A stretch of DNA of 64,000 nucleotides. Origin: Epiperipatus broadwayi. Taxonomy: Eukaryota > Animalia > Onychophora. The stretch covers positions 7,750,001-7,814,000 of the forward strand of contig JAQFVV010000003.1 in assembly GCA_028023455.1 (NCBI GenBank), written 5' to 3'. Shown here piece by piece: positions 38,659-51,476 of the stretch (its first letter is position 1; every line of letters begins with the position of its first letter). The notes below the pieces were generated by a model. That model worked only from the letters and a program-made list of their open reading frames with translations, did no database searches and was not told the DNA's origin. The position numbers and the translations under genes were made by a program.

Positions 38659-41183
38659 TGTGCCAGACCGTGTATAACGGCCATGCACAAAATGGCTGTT
38701 GCTGAAGATTCAGCACAGCTAAAATGCATCATATTAAAATTGTAATTTTTAACAGATCTATTAAATCATAATTTAGATGTGTATTTGGATGTACTTATAT
38801 ATAGTACGTAAATAAATGGGTTTGGTCTATATTATATTCCTATTATACCCACAGTACTAGTGTATGCAGTATATGTGTTAATAATTTTATTCGCACAGCA
38901 AATCTATATCATAAAGGGAAAACTAAGCTTGTAACTTTGGTTACGTGTGGAACAGTTTTTTTGTATTTAAGTTTATTACCACTTGTAAATGTTCCGATAC
39001 ATGTATATAGAAATGTATTTTTTCTTTTTCCTAAAAATTGTTTAAACAGAATTTGAATTTTGTACTTATTAGAATTTAAATTTTATATTTATTAGAATAA
39101 GATGGTTGATAATTAATATTAATTTATCAAAAAAAAAAGAAAAAACCTTTTGTCAATTGTAATCTACTTTTAGCAAAAGAAAAATATTTTGTATTAAAAG
39201 AAATTTGTTCGAGTTGATCGTGGATAAAGATAAAATCAAAAAGTCGATTTTATCTAAAAAGAATGTAAACACAATGGGTGGTGTAATTAATGAATATGGA
39301 AGCTATACAAATTCCAGTATTAGAGAAATCGTACTTTAATACATAAAAAGTGAAAGAATGTGGGTAAATGAATGTAAAAGTATAGTCTTATTATCGGCTG
39401 ATGAAATAGTTCATAGGGGGGTATTACAATTGTACTAATTGGGCCATATGTACTACTTACTTGGGGCATTGAGTTCAGTTGTTGCTAGCTCACCAAAGCA
39501 GTCAGATGGCAGATGTTTAAGAAAAAAAAAAAACTTTGTTTCCAGCTTGTCCCAGAAATAGGACGATTTACATTTGCTAAAATAAGAGTTGGCTCCAGCG
39601 TGTCTAAGTAATGGAATGGTATGTGCTTATGGAAAATAACAAAGCAGAAAGAAAGAAGAAATGATATGTGTTCACTAAAAAAATTTTAGTTGTATCTGGC
39701 TTGTCTAAAGAATAGAAAGAAGAGAGGAAATTTGAAATTAGCCATTCGAACATGGGAGGATCATTAAATGGATTTTAGAAAAGCTATCAACAATTTGAAT
39801 TTCCTATCCGTTTAAAAAAAAAAGAAAGAAGAGTCATAATTGGAGAACTTAAATTCGTATTTGATCTACGTGTCGAGCATAATCTTTAATCACAAGCAAG
39901 TATTCGTATAGCGAGGTGTATAATGAGTCTGCCGTGAAAGTGATATATATGTCTACGGGAGAATTATATTCACCGCGTTTGTTCCAGTTTACTACTCTAC
40001 CATGGAGTAGACTTCTAGCCGCAGTGCACCACCTGTTTGTCCATCAAACCCGAAAATGCCATAGGAGAAACAGCCAACCCTGATGGAAAAAAGACTCATA
40101 CGTGTATTGGTGAAAGGAAGCCTTATCTGCCCTGTTAAGTAGCCATGTAGTCCATGAAAGTTGAACTTAATGAAAGAAGAAGTTCAGATGAGTGTATATA
40201 GTTTTTTTTTCTATTTCATTTATCTTCTCTATGTTTGTATAATATTAAAGTTTTTTCTTAGATATACAAATAATTATTTTTTTATTTGTTTACTCATATA
40301 TTATCAGGATTGAGCTTTGTATTTAAATTGTTTTTTGTTTTTTTGTAATATATGATATTTGCTGCATACATTTGATTTCTGAGTTAGACCACACCTATTG
40401 TGTAATCCTTTAAATATTTTTTGTTATATATATGCATTTGTTTCTATAAATCAATTTTAAATTTACTTAGATAATATCTCATTAATATTATATTTTCGAT
40501 ATTTGAGATATGGACTGGATTAAATTATTTTTGTTTTATATATAATTGGTGGAGGGAAATATATAATAATCTGGGAATAATAAATAGTAAATTTCATAGT
40601 TAAAACGTTTACAGTTTCCTTTACTTGGTTTTGAAGTATTTATTGATTCATTAGCAGATAGGATTGTAGTTATTTAATCAAAATACTAACCCACTTAAGA
40701 ACCTGAGATTTAAAGAACACATATAATGAGCTAGATAGGGATAATTTACCGGGGAGGTGGATTGTTTCCTTTATTCCAGTCCAAACTTCTTGAATTATTA
40801 ATATTCGATAATGACCAGTCATATTTTTCACACTTTCTCGGGAGAGAAAAGGAAAGTAAACAATATCGTCTTGAACAGGGGTGGTGCTAGAGGCTGAAGT
40901 AAAACATTTCAGTGCTCTTAAAGGTGTGTAAAGACTCCAAATGGTCAACGTATAGTTAATCGGCCAATTGTGAAATAATTTAACAGGGAAGACTTCGATT
41001 GACCTAATTTTAGGTTCAATCTACTTCCACTAATAATTCTTTAGAGATATTTATTTATATTTAATCAACAATATTTTCGGAGAATTGTTATCGATTTCCC
41101 ATTTTGTAACATACGTCACTTCATGCTCGGTGCGTATATGGGTCTAGCTGTATAAGACAACTTGGGGATTTCGATCCGGTACA
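38659..41183 (+). repeat. 5' LTR (2525 bp)
   Basis: Starts tgtgccagaccg and ends gatccggtaca. Aligns with 46548-49116; 8 substitutions counted in the first ~360 bp, plus indels further in. Confidence 0.95.
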
Positions 41184-41188
41184 GAAAA

Positions 41189-41201
41189 TGGTGCCCGAAC
41201 A
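41189..41201 (+). other. Primer binding site, tRNA-Lys type
   Basis: TGGTGCCCGAACA lies 5 nt after the LTR. It is one C-to-T change from TGGCGCCCGAACA, the complement of the tRNA-Lys(UUU) 3' end. Confidence 0.85.
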
Positions 41202-41941
41202 TGCTAAGGATGAACTAGATTAAGATTAAAAGAAAGATAGTATTAGCGGAAATCTATACTATATTTTCGTGGTTTCAAAACCAATTTAGGAGGAATAAGT
41301 TAAGAAAAGGACGTTTGTAAAGGAGATAGGATTTTAATAATTAGTTAAAAGAATGTTTGAAATAAAATTTTTTAGTGTGGACCAAAATAAATAAATGAAC
41401 AGAAGTTTAGAGTAAAAAAATAAAATAATAGCGATACAGTAAATAGCCACATGTGATAGTCACAAATCCAATATTATAGCGTTTACAAAAAATCTATTGA
41501 TTTTCTTTTCTTAATAAAAGAAAAGTAACGTAAATATAAAAGTAATGTTTAGCGAAAAAAATCTTATATTATTTTTATTAAAACCTATTGAAGAACTAAG
41601 TTAAGTAAAAATAAAAAAGAGAGTCTTGTGTAAATAATATACGGTTTTAAATTATTTAGTTAAAAGATTTTGTTTTTCGAGCAAGAGTTTATTATCGTGA
41701 ACAAAATAAATGTATGAACAGAAGTTAGAGGAATAGTTCTGTCATTATAAGGGCATATAAGTAGAACGAGGCATTTGAAAATTTTTTTTTATATTATTAC
41801 ACGTGAGAGCAAATTGTTTATAGAAATCAGGGAAATGTGCTTGAAAGAAAGGGCGATTAGTAGGGGATAAAGTAAGGCATGGTGTACTGCATATTTACTA
41901 TACTAAATTAAGCATTTATTTTATAACGTCTTGCGTGCGAT

Positions 41942-42192
41942 TATAATTACGATAGAATGACAGCCTGTTAAGCCAATTGCGCAGACGCTGTGAGAATGTT
42001 ATTAATAAATGAATACCTTTGAACAACCACATGATTGCGCAGATGCTGTGAGAATGTTATTAATAAATGAATACCTTCGAACAACCACATGATCCATGAT
42101 CATGTGGTTGTTCGAAGGTATTCATTTATTAATAACATTCTCACAGCATCTGCGCAATTGACTTAACAGGCTGTCATTCTATCGTAATTATA
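41942..42192. repeat. Fold-back (tandem partial duplication plus inverted copy) in the retroelement leader
   Basis: 42035-42094 and 42098-42157 form a perfect ~60-bp stem with a 3-nt loop. 41942-41977 pairs with 42157-42192 (1 mismatch). tatactaaattaa is duplicated at 41899 and 42189. Confidence 0.9.
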
Positions 42193-42383
42193 CTAAATTA
42201 AATAAAATATTTTTTTTTTTGGAATTGAGTTAATAAACATTAGTGTAACGATAGAATACCTTGAGTTTCAAGTTCAATAAATTAAACCGATAAATGCTTA
42301 CGAGAGCAGGAAAAAGAAATGATGGAAGAATTCCCAAACCTTGTGAAAAATGAAGTGACTAAAATGTCAGAAGAATTAGAAAA

Positions 42384-43104
42384 ATGGAGAACAGAGAGAA
42401 AGAGATCATTCAGAAAATAGAGGATGCACGAAGTGAAGTGTTACAGGAAATAGAATTAAAATTTCAAAAATTGGAAATGAAACATGATAAATCTAAGTGG
42501 GATGACATAGAAGCAAATAAAATAGATAGACAGTCAATTAAGGAACTAGACAACCATATTACGAATAGTGGATGTTTCTGTAGAAAAGACCGATAGAAGT
42601 GATCAGCTGCCATAACCAAATATAAACCAATTTTTGAAAATCTGTATATTCAAAGGAAAAACAGGGAAGGCTCCAGTGGATCATATAAGAAGTTTGGAGA
42701 ATTACTTTCATATAAATAAAGTTAATGAAATCAGTAAATTGGCTATTGCCAGCGCTCATCTTAATGAAGATACATTAGTTTGGTGGGACTCTTTATTTCA
42801 CTACCCTCCAACCTTCAATCAATATAAGGGCAGGATTATTAGAGATTTCTGGAGCGCAGAGCATCAGGAGACCATCCTGTATCAAATTATGCAGAAGAAA
42901 TACGAAAATGGTATAAATGAAAATTTCTCACAGTTTTTCTGCAGACAAATAGCAAGACTGCGGACTTTAAACGCATGTAATATGTCGGAGGACTGAATCA
43001 TTAGGATTATCCGACATAATTTGCCTTCTCATGTCGCACAGATGCTAATACTGACTGGATCAAAATCAGTTGAACAAGTAGCTTACTTACTAGACACCAT
43101 AGAT
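42384..43104 (+). pseudogene. gag: Gypsy gag (coiled-coil N-terminus plus capsid-like core), frameshifted and with a stop
   Basis: ORFs 42384-42596 and 42634-42996 (..LENYF.IN....KL......L...L.WW). The frame continues past the TGA to 43104. Confidence 0.8.
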
Positions 43105-43114
43105 CACCATAGAT

Positions 43115-46100
43115 GGGAGAGAGCAAGATGGAGTGGTAGAAGAGATACAAGAAAATAGTAAAGGTACAGCCCAGCATTGGAATGTGAAGAGTGGGCCATG
43201 TAAACACCTCATCGAAAAGGAAATGCCAAATTTGGTCTGTTCTTGGGAAGATAAAGTACCAGAATATGCACCGCAGAGTTGTCCAAAAATACCTTTAGAA
43301 ATTGAGGGAATTGGGGTCATTGCAATGTTAGACTCTGGTAGCCAGATATCAGTGATATCTGAGGAATTATACCAAAGAATTTTATCAGTAAACTCACAAA
43401 TAGAGACCTTACCTTTAAAGGCAACACAAATCACCCTTGCAAATAACCGAAAAGCAAACCTTATACCTAAGCAAATATGGTTAGAATTACTTATAAGTGG
43501 GAGGACAGTTTATCATGTATTTTTAATTATGGGTAGTCTAATTCATGAGGTCATATTAGGGTCGGATTTCTTGTATAAGAACCAGTGCATTGTAAATTAT
43601 GAAAAGGGAATAATGAGCTACCAGGGAGGTGATATTAAATTCTTGCCACCTCAGTTGCCTATCTTGGGGGAAACATGTTGTATTAATCGATCTATTTTAG
43701 ATTTGATGCAAGAAAAAACGAGTGAGGTGAAGACAGCATCTAATGGGGACAGCAAAAAACTCCAAGAGATATTCCAAGAGTATCATGAAATTTTTCCGGA
43801 CAGTCCAGGGAAGATCAGAGGATATCAACAGAGGATCAAACTGAAGCCAGGGGAACCTTTTCAAGCATGGTCATACCCAGTCCCAAATCAATTTAAAAAA
43901 GGAGAAACAGTTAGAGCAGATATTGAATGGGGGCATAATTAGTAAATGTCCGTCTCCTTATTGCAACCCTTTGGTGGTGGTTAGAAAAAAGGATGGGTCA
44001 GTAAGGTTGTGTTTGGATGCCCGTCAGCTCAATAAGGTGACTATACCAGACTGTACAATTCCACCTCCGATACAAGAGTTACTAGGAAAATTTAAAGGGA
44101 AAAGAATATTTTCTACATTCGATTTAACTTCCAGTTACTGGCAGATAGAACTCCACCCGAATGATCACCAGTATACTGCCTTCAGATATGGGGGATATTC
44201 ATACAAGTTTAATCGTATGCCCTTTGGACTTATCAACAGCGGTGCTGGGCTGTTGCAGTGCCTAGATTGTGTCCTATCGTCTGATATCAAGAAAATTCTT
44301 ACCATGTATGTGGATGATGTAGTTATAGCATCTGCATCTATGGAAGAGCATCTCCAGCAGTTGGAACAGTTTTTTAGGGAATGTAAAGAAAAAGATATCA
44401 AGATAAATTTAAAGAAGAGTAAAGTGGCTTCCGATGAAATCGAATTTCTGGGTCATTTGGTAGGCCAGTCAGGAGTCAAGCCTCATCCAGATAAAATAAC
44501 AGCGATTGCAGATTTCCCTAGAACTCAGACAAAGAAACATATACAGTCATTTTTGGGACTCTGTAACTTTTATAACAGATTTTGTGAGAATTTCGCTGAC
44601 CAAATGGAACCATTGCTCAGATTGATCTGAAAAGAGGTCTGATGGAAATGGACCACCGAACAGGAAGAAGCTTTTAACTGAGTAAAGCAAAGTTTTTTAA
44701 AACAGGTGGTGTTGGATTATCCTGATTATGATAAGCCGTTCATACTCCAGACCGATAGTAGCGGATATGGGCTTGGGGTCACTCTGTCCCAAATTCAACC
44801 TGATGGATGAACAGGGGTATTATATTTTATAAGCCACTTATTAAAGGGACCAGAACTTAATTATACTGCCACTAAAAAGGAGGCCCTTGCCATTGTATGG
44901 GCTTTCCAGAAGTTTCGCCCCATGTTGTTAGGCTCTCAAGTGGTGGTGATAACTGACCATAAAAGTCTTGAGTTTCTAAACCACAGCTATCTTACTAATA
45001 GCAGGTTGGTCCGGTGGAGTTTATTCCTTCAGGAATTTAACTACACCGTGAGATATTGCAAAGGGGCAGAAAACATGGTTGCGGACATCCTCAGTCATCA
45101 TCCTGTCCCTGCACAAACCCCTAAACACCTCAGTCTGGAGCAAGCATACATAGCAAGTACCACGATAAAGGGAAAAGATGAAGATATAGAAAAAGAATTA
45201 AGCCAACTAGCTAAGAGGCAACAAGAAGACAGCTATCTAAATCGCATTTGGACAGAATGCCAGGAGAAATCTGGAAGAACTGTTTCAAAAGAGATAAGGG
45301 ACAGATATAAAGTTGAAGGAGGAGTGTTATATTATCAACTCCAAAAAGGCAAGGATGAATGGAAGGCGATGATACCTCCAAAAATGAGACAGTCCCTCAT
45401 CAGTTACATGCATCGGTTGTATGGCCATTATGGAACACCAAAAACCGAGTATTGCTTAAGACATTGGTTTTACTGGCCAGGGATGCACCAGGATATTATC
45501 ACTGTACTAAATCAATGTGAAGTATGTCAGTGTACGAAACCACAGAATCAAACATACGTCAGCCCGATGAAATCAATCATACCTGATGACCCAAATGAAA
45601 TTATGGCTATAGATTTTTATGGCCCCTTGCCACCATTCAACAAAAGAAATACCTACTTGTTACATATGATTTGTTTTCGAAATGGGTGGCCGCTTACCCT
45701 TTGTCATGCACCACCACTCGAGAAGTGACTAAGGTATTAGATGATTTACATTTTCCAAAAGTGGGGAAGCCAAAGGCAATACTCTCAGATCATGGAACCC
45801 CTTTTGTGTCTGAAGAATGGAACCGATGGGTCTCCAAATGAGATATCAAGAACCTGTTAACATCAATCCGAAATCCCCAGAGTAACCCCTGTGAATGAGT
45901 CATGCAGGAATTGGGTAGACTCTTCCGTACCTATTTGCCAACAAACCATAGGGGGTGGGTTAAACAATTACCTCAGACACTAAATTATATTAACTGGTCT
46001 CTAAATGAATCCACTGGGTTTACTCCCATGCAATTACACTTTGGAAAACACCTTCCAAAACTGTTTAAAACTAATCTTCCAGGGAGCCAAGAGGGAGCCA

Positions 46101-46417
46101 TCGACCGGGATCTCGATAAAAGACAAGCTAAGGCCCAAATGCAACGAATGAGCACTAGGCATAAAAAATGGAAGGGAACCCCTAAGTATAGATTCCAAAT
46201 AGGGGATAAAGTCATGGTTAGGACACCCCATGTTAGTGATCCAGGGAAGTTCAAATTTAAAAAATTTTGTAATCTCTATGAAGGCCCTTTCGAAATTGTA
46301 GATTGCTGCAGGGATAATGCTTTCTGGGTGAGAACAGAACAAGGGATTAAGGGCACATATAATGCTCGGTCTTTAAAACCCTATGGGAAGATAGCGATTA
46401 ATTCAAAATTGGCATAA
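43115..46417 (+). pseudogene. pol: Gypsy pol: protease, RT, RNase H, integrase (interrupted)
   Basis: Protease MLDSGSQIS; RT RLCLDARQLN, DLTSSYWQI, RMPFGL, YVDD; RNase H QTDSSGYGLG, KEALAIVW, TDH; integrase H-H-C-C, IDFYG, SDHG, NPCE and a C-terminal FQIGDKV...GPF. Confidence 0.95.
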
Positions 46418-46533
46418 CTTTCATGTTAAAACTCATAATATATAAATGTTTTTAAAATTAAATAATTAATAAGATATAAAAATAATTAAATAAGACCATT
46501 AAAAAAGAGCAATCTCCTTTTAACAGTCTCATC

Positions 46534-46544
46534 AGGGACGGGGG
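46534..46544 (+). other. Polypurine tract
   Basis: agggacggggg, 3 nt upstream of the 3' LTR. Confidence 0.85.
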
Positions 46545-46547
46545 TAT

Positions 46548-49116
46548 TGTGCCAGACCGTGTATAATGGCCATGCACAAAATGGCTGTTGCTGAAGATTC
46601 AGCACAGCTAAAATGCATCATATTAAAATAGTAATTTTTAACAGATCTATTAAATCATAATTTAGATGTGTATTTGGAGGTACTTATATATAGTACATAA
46701 ATAAATGGGTTTGGTCTATATTATATTCCTATTATACCCACAGTACAAGTGTATGCAGTATATGTGTTAATAATTTTATTCGCACAGCAAATCTATATCA
46801 TAAAGGGAAAACTAAGCTTGTAACATTTGTTTACGTGTGGAACAGTTTTTTTGTATTTAAGTTTATTACCACTTGTAAATGTTCCGATACACGTATATAG
46901 AAATGTATTTTTTCTTTTTCCTAAAAATTGTTTAAATAGAATTTGAATTTTGTACTTATTAGAATTTAAATTTTATATTTATTAGAATAAGATGGTTGGT
47001 AATTAATATTAATTTATCAAAAAAAAAAAAGAAAAAACCTTTTGTCAATTGTAATCTACTTTTAGCAAAAGAAAAATATTTTGTATTAAAAGAAATTTGT
47101 TCGGGTTGATCGTGGATAAAGATAAAATCAAAAAGTTGATTTTATCTAAAAAGAATGTAAACACAATGGGTGGTGTAATTTATCAATATGGAAGCTATAC
47201 AAATTCCAGTATTAGAGAAATCGTACTTTAATACATAAAAAGTGAAAGAATGTGGGTAAATTAATGTAAAAGTATAGTCTTATTATTGACTGATGAAATA
47301 GTTCATAGGGGGTTATTACAATTGTACTAATTGGGCCATATGTGCTACTTACTTGGGGCATTGAGTTCAGTTGTTGCTAGCTCGCCAAAGCAGTCAGATG
47401 TTTAAGAAAAAAAAAACTTTGTTTCCAGCTTGTCCCAGAAATAGGACGATTTATGTTTGCTAAAATAAGAGTTGGCTCCAGCGTGTCTAAGTAATGGAAT
47501 GGTATGTGCATATGGAAAATAACAAAGCAGAAAGAAAGGAGAAATGATATGTGTTCGCTAAAAAAATTATAGTTGTATCTGGCTTGTCTAAAGAATAGAA
47601 AGAAGAAAGGAAATTTGAAATTAGCCATTCGAACATGGGAGGATCATTAAATGGATTTTAGAAAAGTTATCAACAGTATGAATCCCCTATCCATTTAAAA
47701 AAAAAAAAAGAAGATCATATTTGGAGAACTTAAATTCGTATTTGACCTACGTGTCGAGCATAATCTTTAGTCACAAGCAAGTATTCGTATAGCCGAGGTG
47801 TATAATATAGTCTGCCATGAAAAAAATATATATATATATATATGAAAATTATATTCACTGACCTAATAATCAAGGAGATGGCCTTATTGTTTGTTCCAGT
47901 TTACTACTCTACCATGGAGTAGACTTCTAGCCGCAGTGCACGACCTGTTCATCCATCAAACCCGAAAATGCCATAGGAGAAACAGCCGACCCTGATGGAA
48001 AAAAGACTCATACGTGTATTGGTGAAAGGAAGCCCTATCTGCCCTGTTAAGTAGCCATGTGGTCCATGAAAGTTGAACTTAATGAAAGAACAAGTTCAGA
48101 TGAGTGTATATAGTTTTTTTTTCTATTTCATTTATCTTCTCTATGTTTGTATAATATTAAAGTTTTTCTTAGATATACAAATAATTATTTTTTTATTTGT
48201 TTACTCATATATTATCAGGATTGACTTTTGTATTTAAATTGTTTTTTTTTTTTTGTAATATATGATATTTGCTGCAAACCTTTGATTTCTGAGTTTATTA
48301 CGTTAAAGTGGGGTAAGGGATGTAGGTCACACCCATTGTGCAATCTTTTAAATATTTTTTGTTATATATATGCATTTGTTTCTATAAATGAATTTTCAAT
48401 TTACTCTGGTAATATCTCATTAATATTATATTTTCGTTATTTGAGATATGAACTGGATTAAATTATTTTTGTTTTTATATATAATTGGTGGAGGGAAATA
48501 TATAATAATCTGGGAATAATAAATAGTAAATTTCATAGTTAAATCGTTTACAGTTTCCTTTACTTGGTTTTGAAGTATTTATTGATTCATTAGCAGATAG
48601 GATTGTAGTTATTTAATCAAAATGCTAACCCACTTAGTAACCTGAGATTTAAAGAACACATATAATGAGCTAGATAGGGGTAACTTACTGGGGAGTTGGA
48701 TTGTTTCCTTTATTCCAGTCCGAACTTCTTGAATTATTAATATTCGATAATGACCAGTCATATTTTGCACACTCTCTCGGGAGAGAAAAGGAAAATAAAC
48801 AATATCGTCTTGAACGGGGGTGGTGCTAGAGGCTGAAGTAAAACATTTCGGTGCTCTTAAAGGTGTGTAAAGACTCCAAATGGTCAACGTATAGTTATTC
48901 GGACAATTGTGAAATAATTTAACAGGGAAGGCTTCGATTGACCTAATTTTAGGTTCAATCTACTTCTTCTAATAATTCTTTAGAGATTTATATTTAATCA
49001 ACAATATTTTTGGAGAATTGTTATCGATTTCCCATTTTGTAACATACGTCACTTCATGCTCGGTGCGTATATGGGTCTAGCTGTATAAGACCACTTGGGG
49101 ATTTCGATCCAGTACA
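46548..49116 (+). repeat. 3' LTR (2569 bp)
   Basis: Direct repeat of 38659-41183, ending gatccagtaca. Confidence 0.95.
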
Positions 49117-49559
49117 ATATATAAATAACGTTTTTTTTTTTTATTTAAATTGTGGATTATTTTAATTAAATTCTTAAAAATATTTCAACAATAACATCTG
49201 TTATTTTATTTTATCTTTTTTATTTTATTTTAGAAAAATCATAATCAAATGATATAGATAGCGACCAATGAAAATAGGAAACTATAAATACTTTTTGTAT
49301 CTAAAAGCGAAACCTTTTTTAAATGCAATCTCTTATTATTTTTAGAGAAGTAAATAGTCTTTTTTGGGTTAAGCCATATATTTGTTGAAATTTTTTTAAG
49401 AATTTAAACAAAATAATACATAGTTTAACCTAAAATGTTTTATTTATATATATTGCCCAAGTTTCCATTTAAAAGAGATCACTGTCTATATCATCTAATT
49501 GTGATTTTTTTAAAATAAATATTTAATATATATATATATGCATAGTTGTAATGACAGGA

Positions 49560-51476
49560 TAGATAAGTAGGCAAATGCCTATGCAATCGATTGATTGGAG
49601 AGGATGCACAACAAATCAGTATATACACTTGGTCGATCCATTTTATGGTTTGGAAGCAGTTAGTTACTGCTTAAATGCTATAGTGATGTCTGCAATGCAG
49701 ATAATTCAAATTTATGTCCCAACAAATTTTCATTGTGATGAAGTCATAAAGGTTTATTATATTGATATATTAAAATGCTTTTGATCAGCCCAGATAACAA
49801 TTAAATTTGCCATGGAAGACTGTAGTGCCAGAACTGATAAACAATTGAAAGTGCTATTGGTAAATTGAATTGTGGTACTAAAAATGAGCGAAGATGCAGG
49901 CTTAATTTTCAGGGGAAAAACCTTGCATATTATGGATTTTTTTCTTTGAAAAAAAATGCAAAATGCAAATGGAATGAAAACATTCAAATGTAAATACGAT
50001 AAATTGGATTATATTTTAACTAATAGAAAATATGCATTTCAGGATTGTAATATTTTTAATAAATTCAATAATGGTTATGTATTAATGTAAAACTAGAGAG
50101 ATGAAAATTAGACAGTATTAACAGTTGATATTCCTAATCTTCAGAAATACTTCAGTGAATTTAAATTACAACTGGAAAATCATTTGAAAATAATAATAGA
50201 CTTGGAAGATAGTTCAGACTTGACTGACATCAATAAGAAGATAAGAACTGCAAATAGTGGTTCAAAATAGCAGCAATATATCAGTATTTTTTTTACTGGC
50301 ACAAAAGATGTATGATTTTTTTTTTAAATGATCCACTAAAAATAATTGAATATCTAGAGTTTTATAAAATATCAAAACGAGTTAGTAATGATATAAAGAA
50401 ATTATAATTATGAATTGTTAAAAAAAGTTATAGAAGAGAATAAAAGTTCTTAAATTTTAACAAGATCTTTCTGCAATGAGAATAAAATTGTAAAACAAGA
50501 TCTTTCTACAATAAGAATAAAAGATGAAACTATTACTAAAAATGAGAGATGACATCATGAAATGTGTGAAAGAAATCTATAAAGAATCATCTAAATTGCC
50601 CAGCATTTTAAATGGATAAATGAGATATACAATTATATTTATGAAGAAGGTAAAACTCCATGAGATGATGGAATTATTATTTTTAAAAAGGCAGATTAAA
50701 AAACAAATGAATTATTGGCAAAATTATATACTAGAGATCTAAATGATAAAGATTTATCAGTTGATTGGAGAATGCAATAGAAATATTGATATTTAAAAAA
50801 GGTAATAAAAAAGATATTAAAAATTACAAACCTATAAGTCTTCTATAATTTTTAACAAAGACTATGCTATAATTACAACTCATCTATAATGAACTGCTAG
50901 ACTTTAACCAATCAAAATAATAAACTATATTTAAAAGTGGTTTTATCACAGTAAATCATAGTCAAGTTTTGAGAGGACTTATAGAAAGGACCAATGAATA
51001 TGATTTGCCATTATTCTTAGAATTTATAGATTATGAAAAGCAATTGATTCTATAAGCATTTCTATGATGATTAAAACATTCAATCATCAAGATAGAGATC
51101 CAGAATATTGTCATATTCTAAAGAAATCATATTTAAATGCAACAGGAAGAGATTAGATTATGTGGTGATACTTAGAAGTTGATATTGAGAGGAGTGCATG
51201 AAAGTGGGATTTCATATCTCCAAAACTTTTTACATCAGCTTTATAAAAAATATTTAGTGGATTATAATGGGAAACTAAATGAGTAAAAGTAAATAGATTT
51301 TGCAGATGATGTGATTGTTTTTGAAAATAATACTTTAGAGCTCCAGGAAATGTTACAAGAGTTAATAAATGAAAATAAAAAAATAAATCTAAAGATAAAT
51401 GCTAAAAAGATTAAAATAATGTTGAACAAATTTTTTCAGAAGAAAAAAATAAAGATTAAATCATGAATTAGAAGCT
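49560..51476 (+). mobile_element. Decayed RTE-like LINE (APE plus N-terminal RT), 3' part missing
   Basis: IIQIYVPT...DEVIK.YY (ORF 49575), DYILTNRK, FKKGNKKDIKNYKPISLL, LIERTNEYDLPL.L.FIDYEK and FADDVIV remnants. Confidence 0.85.

Larger units (their letters stand above)
38659..49116 (+). mobile_element. Full-length but inactivated Ty3/Gypsy LTR retrotransposon with ~2.5-kb LTRs (Osvaldo/Ulysses-like features), no env
   Basis: TGT...ACA LTRs, 4-bp TSD ATAT (38655-58, 49117-20), tRNA-Lys-type PBS, PPT, and gag-PR-RT-RH-IN order. The clade is inferred from structure only. Confidence 0.95.

Noticed and set aside
39398-39430. CTGATGA in the LTR (also 6147-6160 minus and ~35445)
   Set aside because: No properly placed GAAA and stems; this is a chance heptamer.
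43007-46342. Minus-strand ORFs overlapping gag/pol (43007, 43090, 44165, 45985, 46034)
   Set aside because: These are shadow frames of coding sequence with no independent motifs.
46418-46547. Possible env gene in the large Gypsy element
   Set aside because: Only ~130 bp of AT-rich sequence separates integrase from the 3' LTR.
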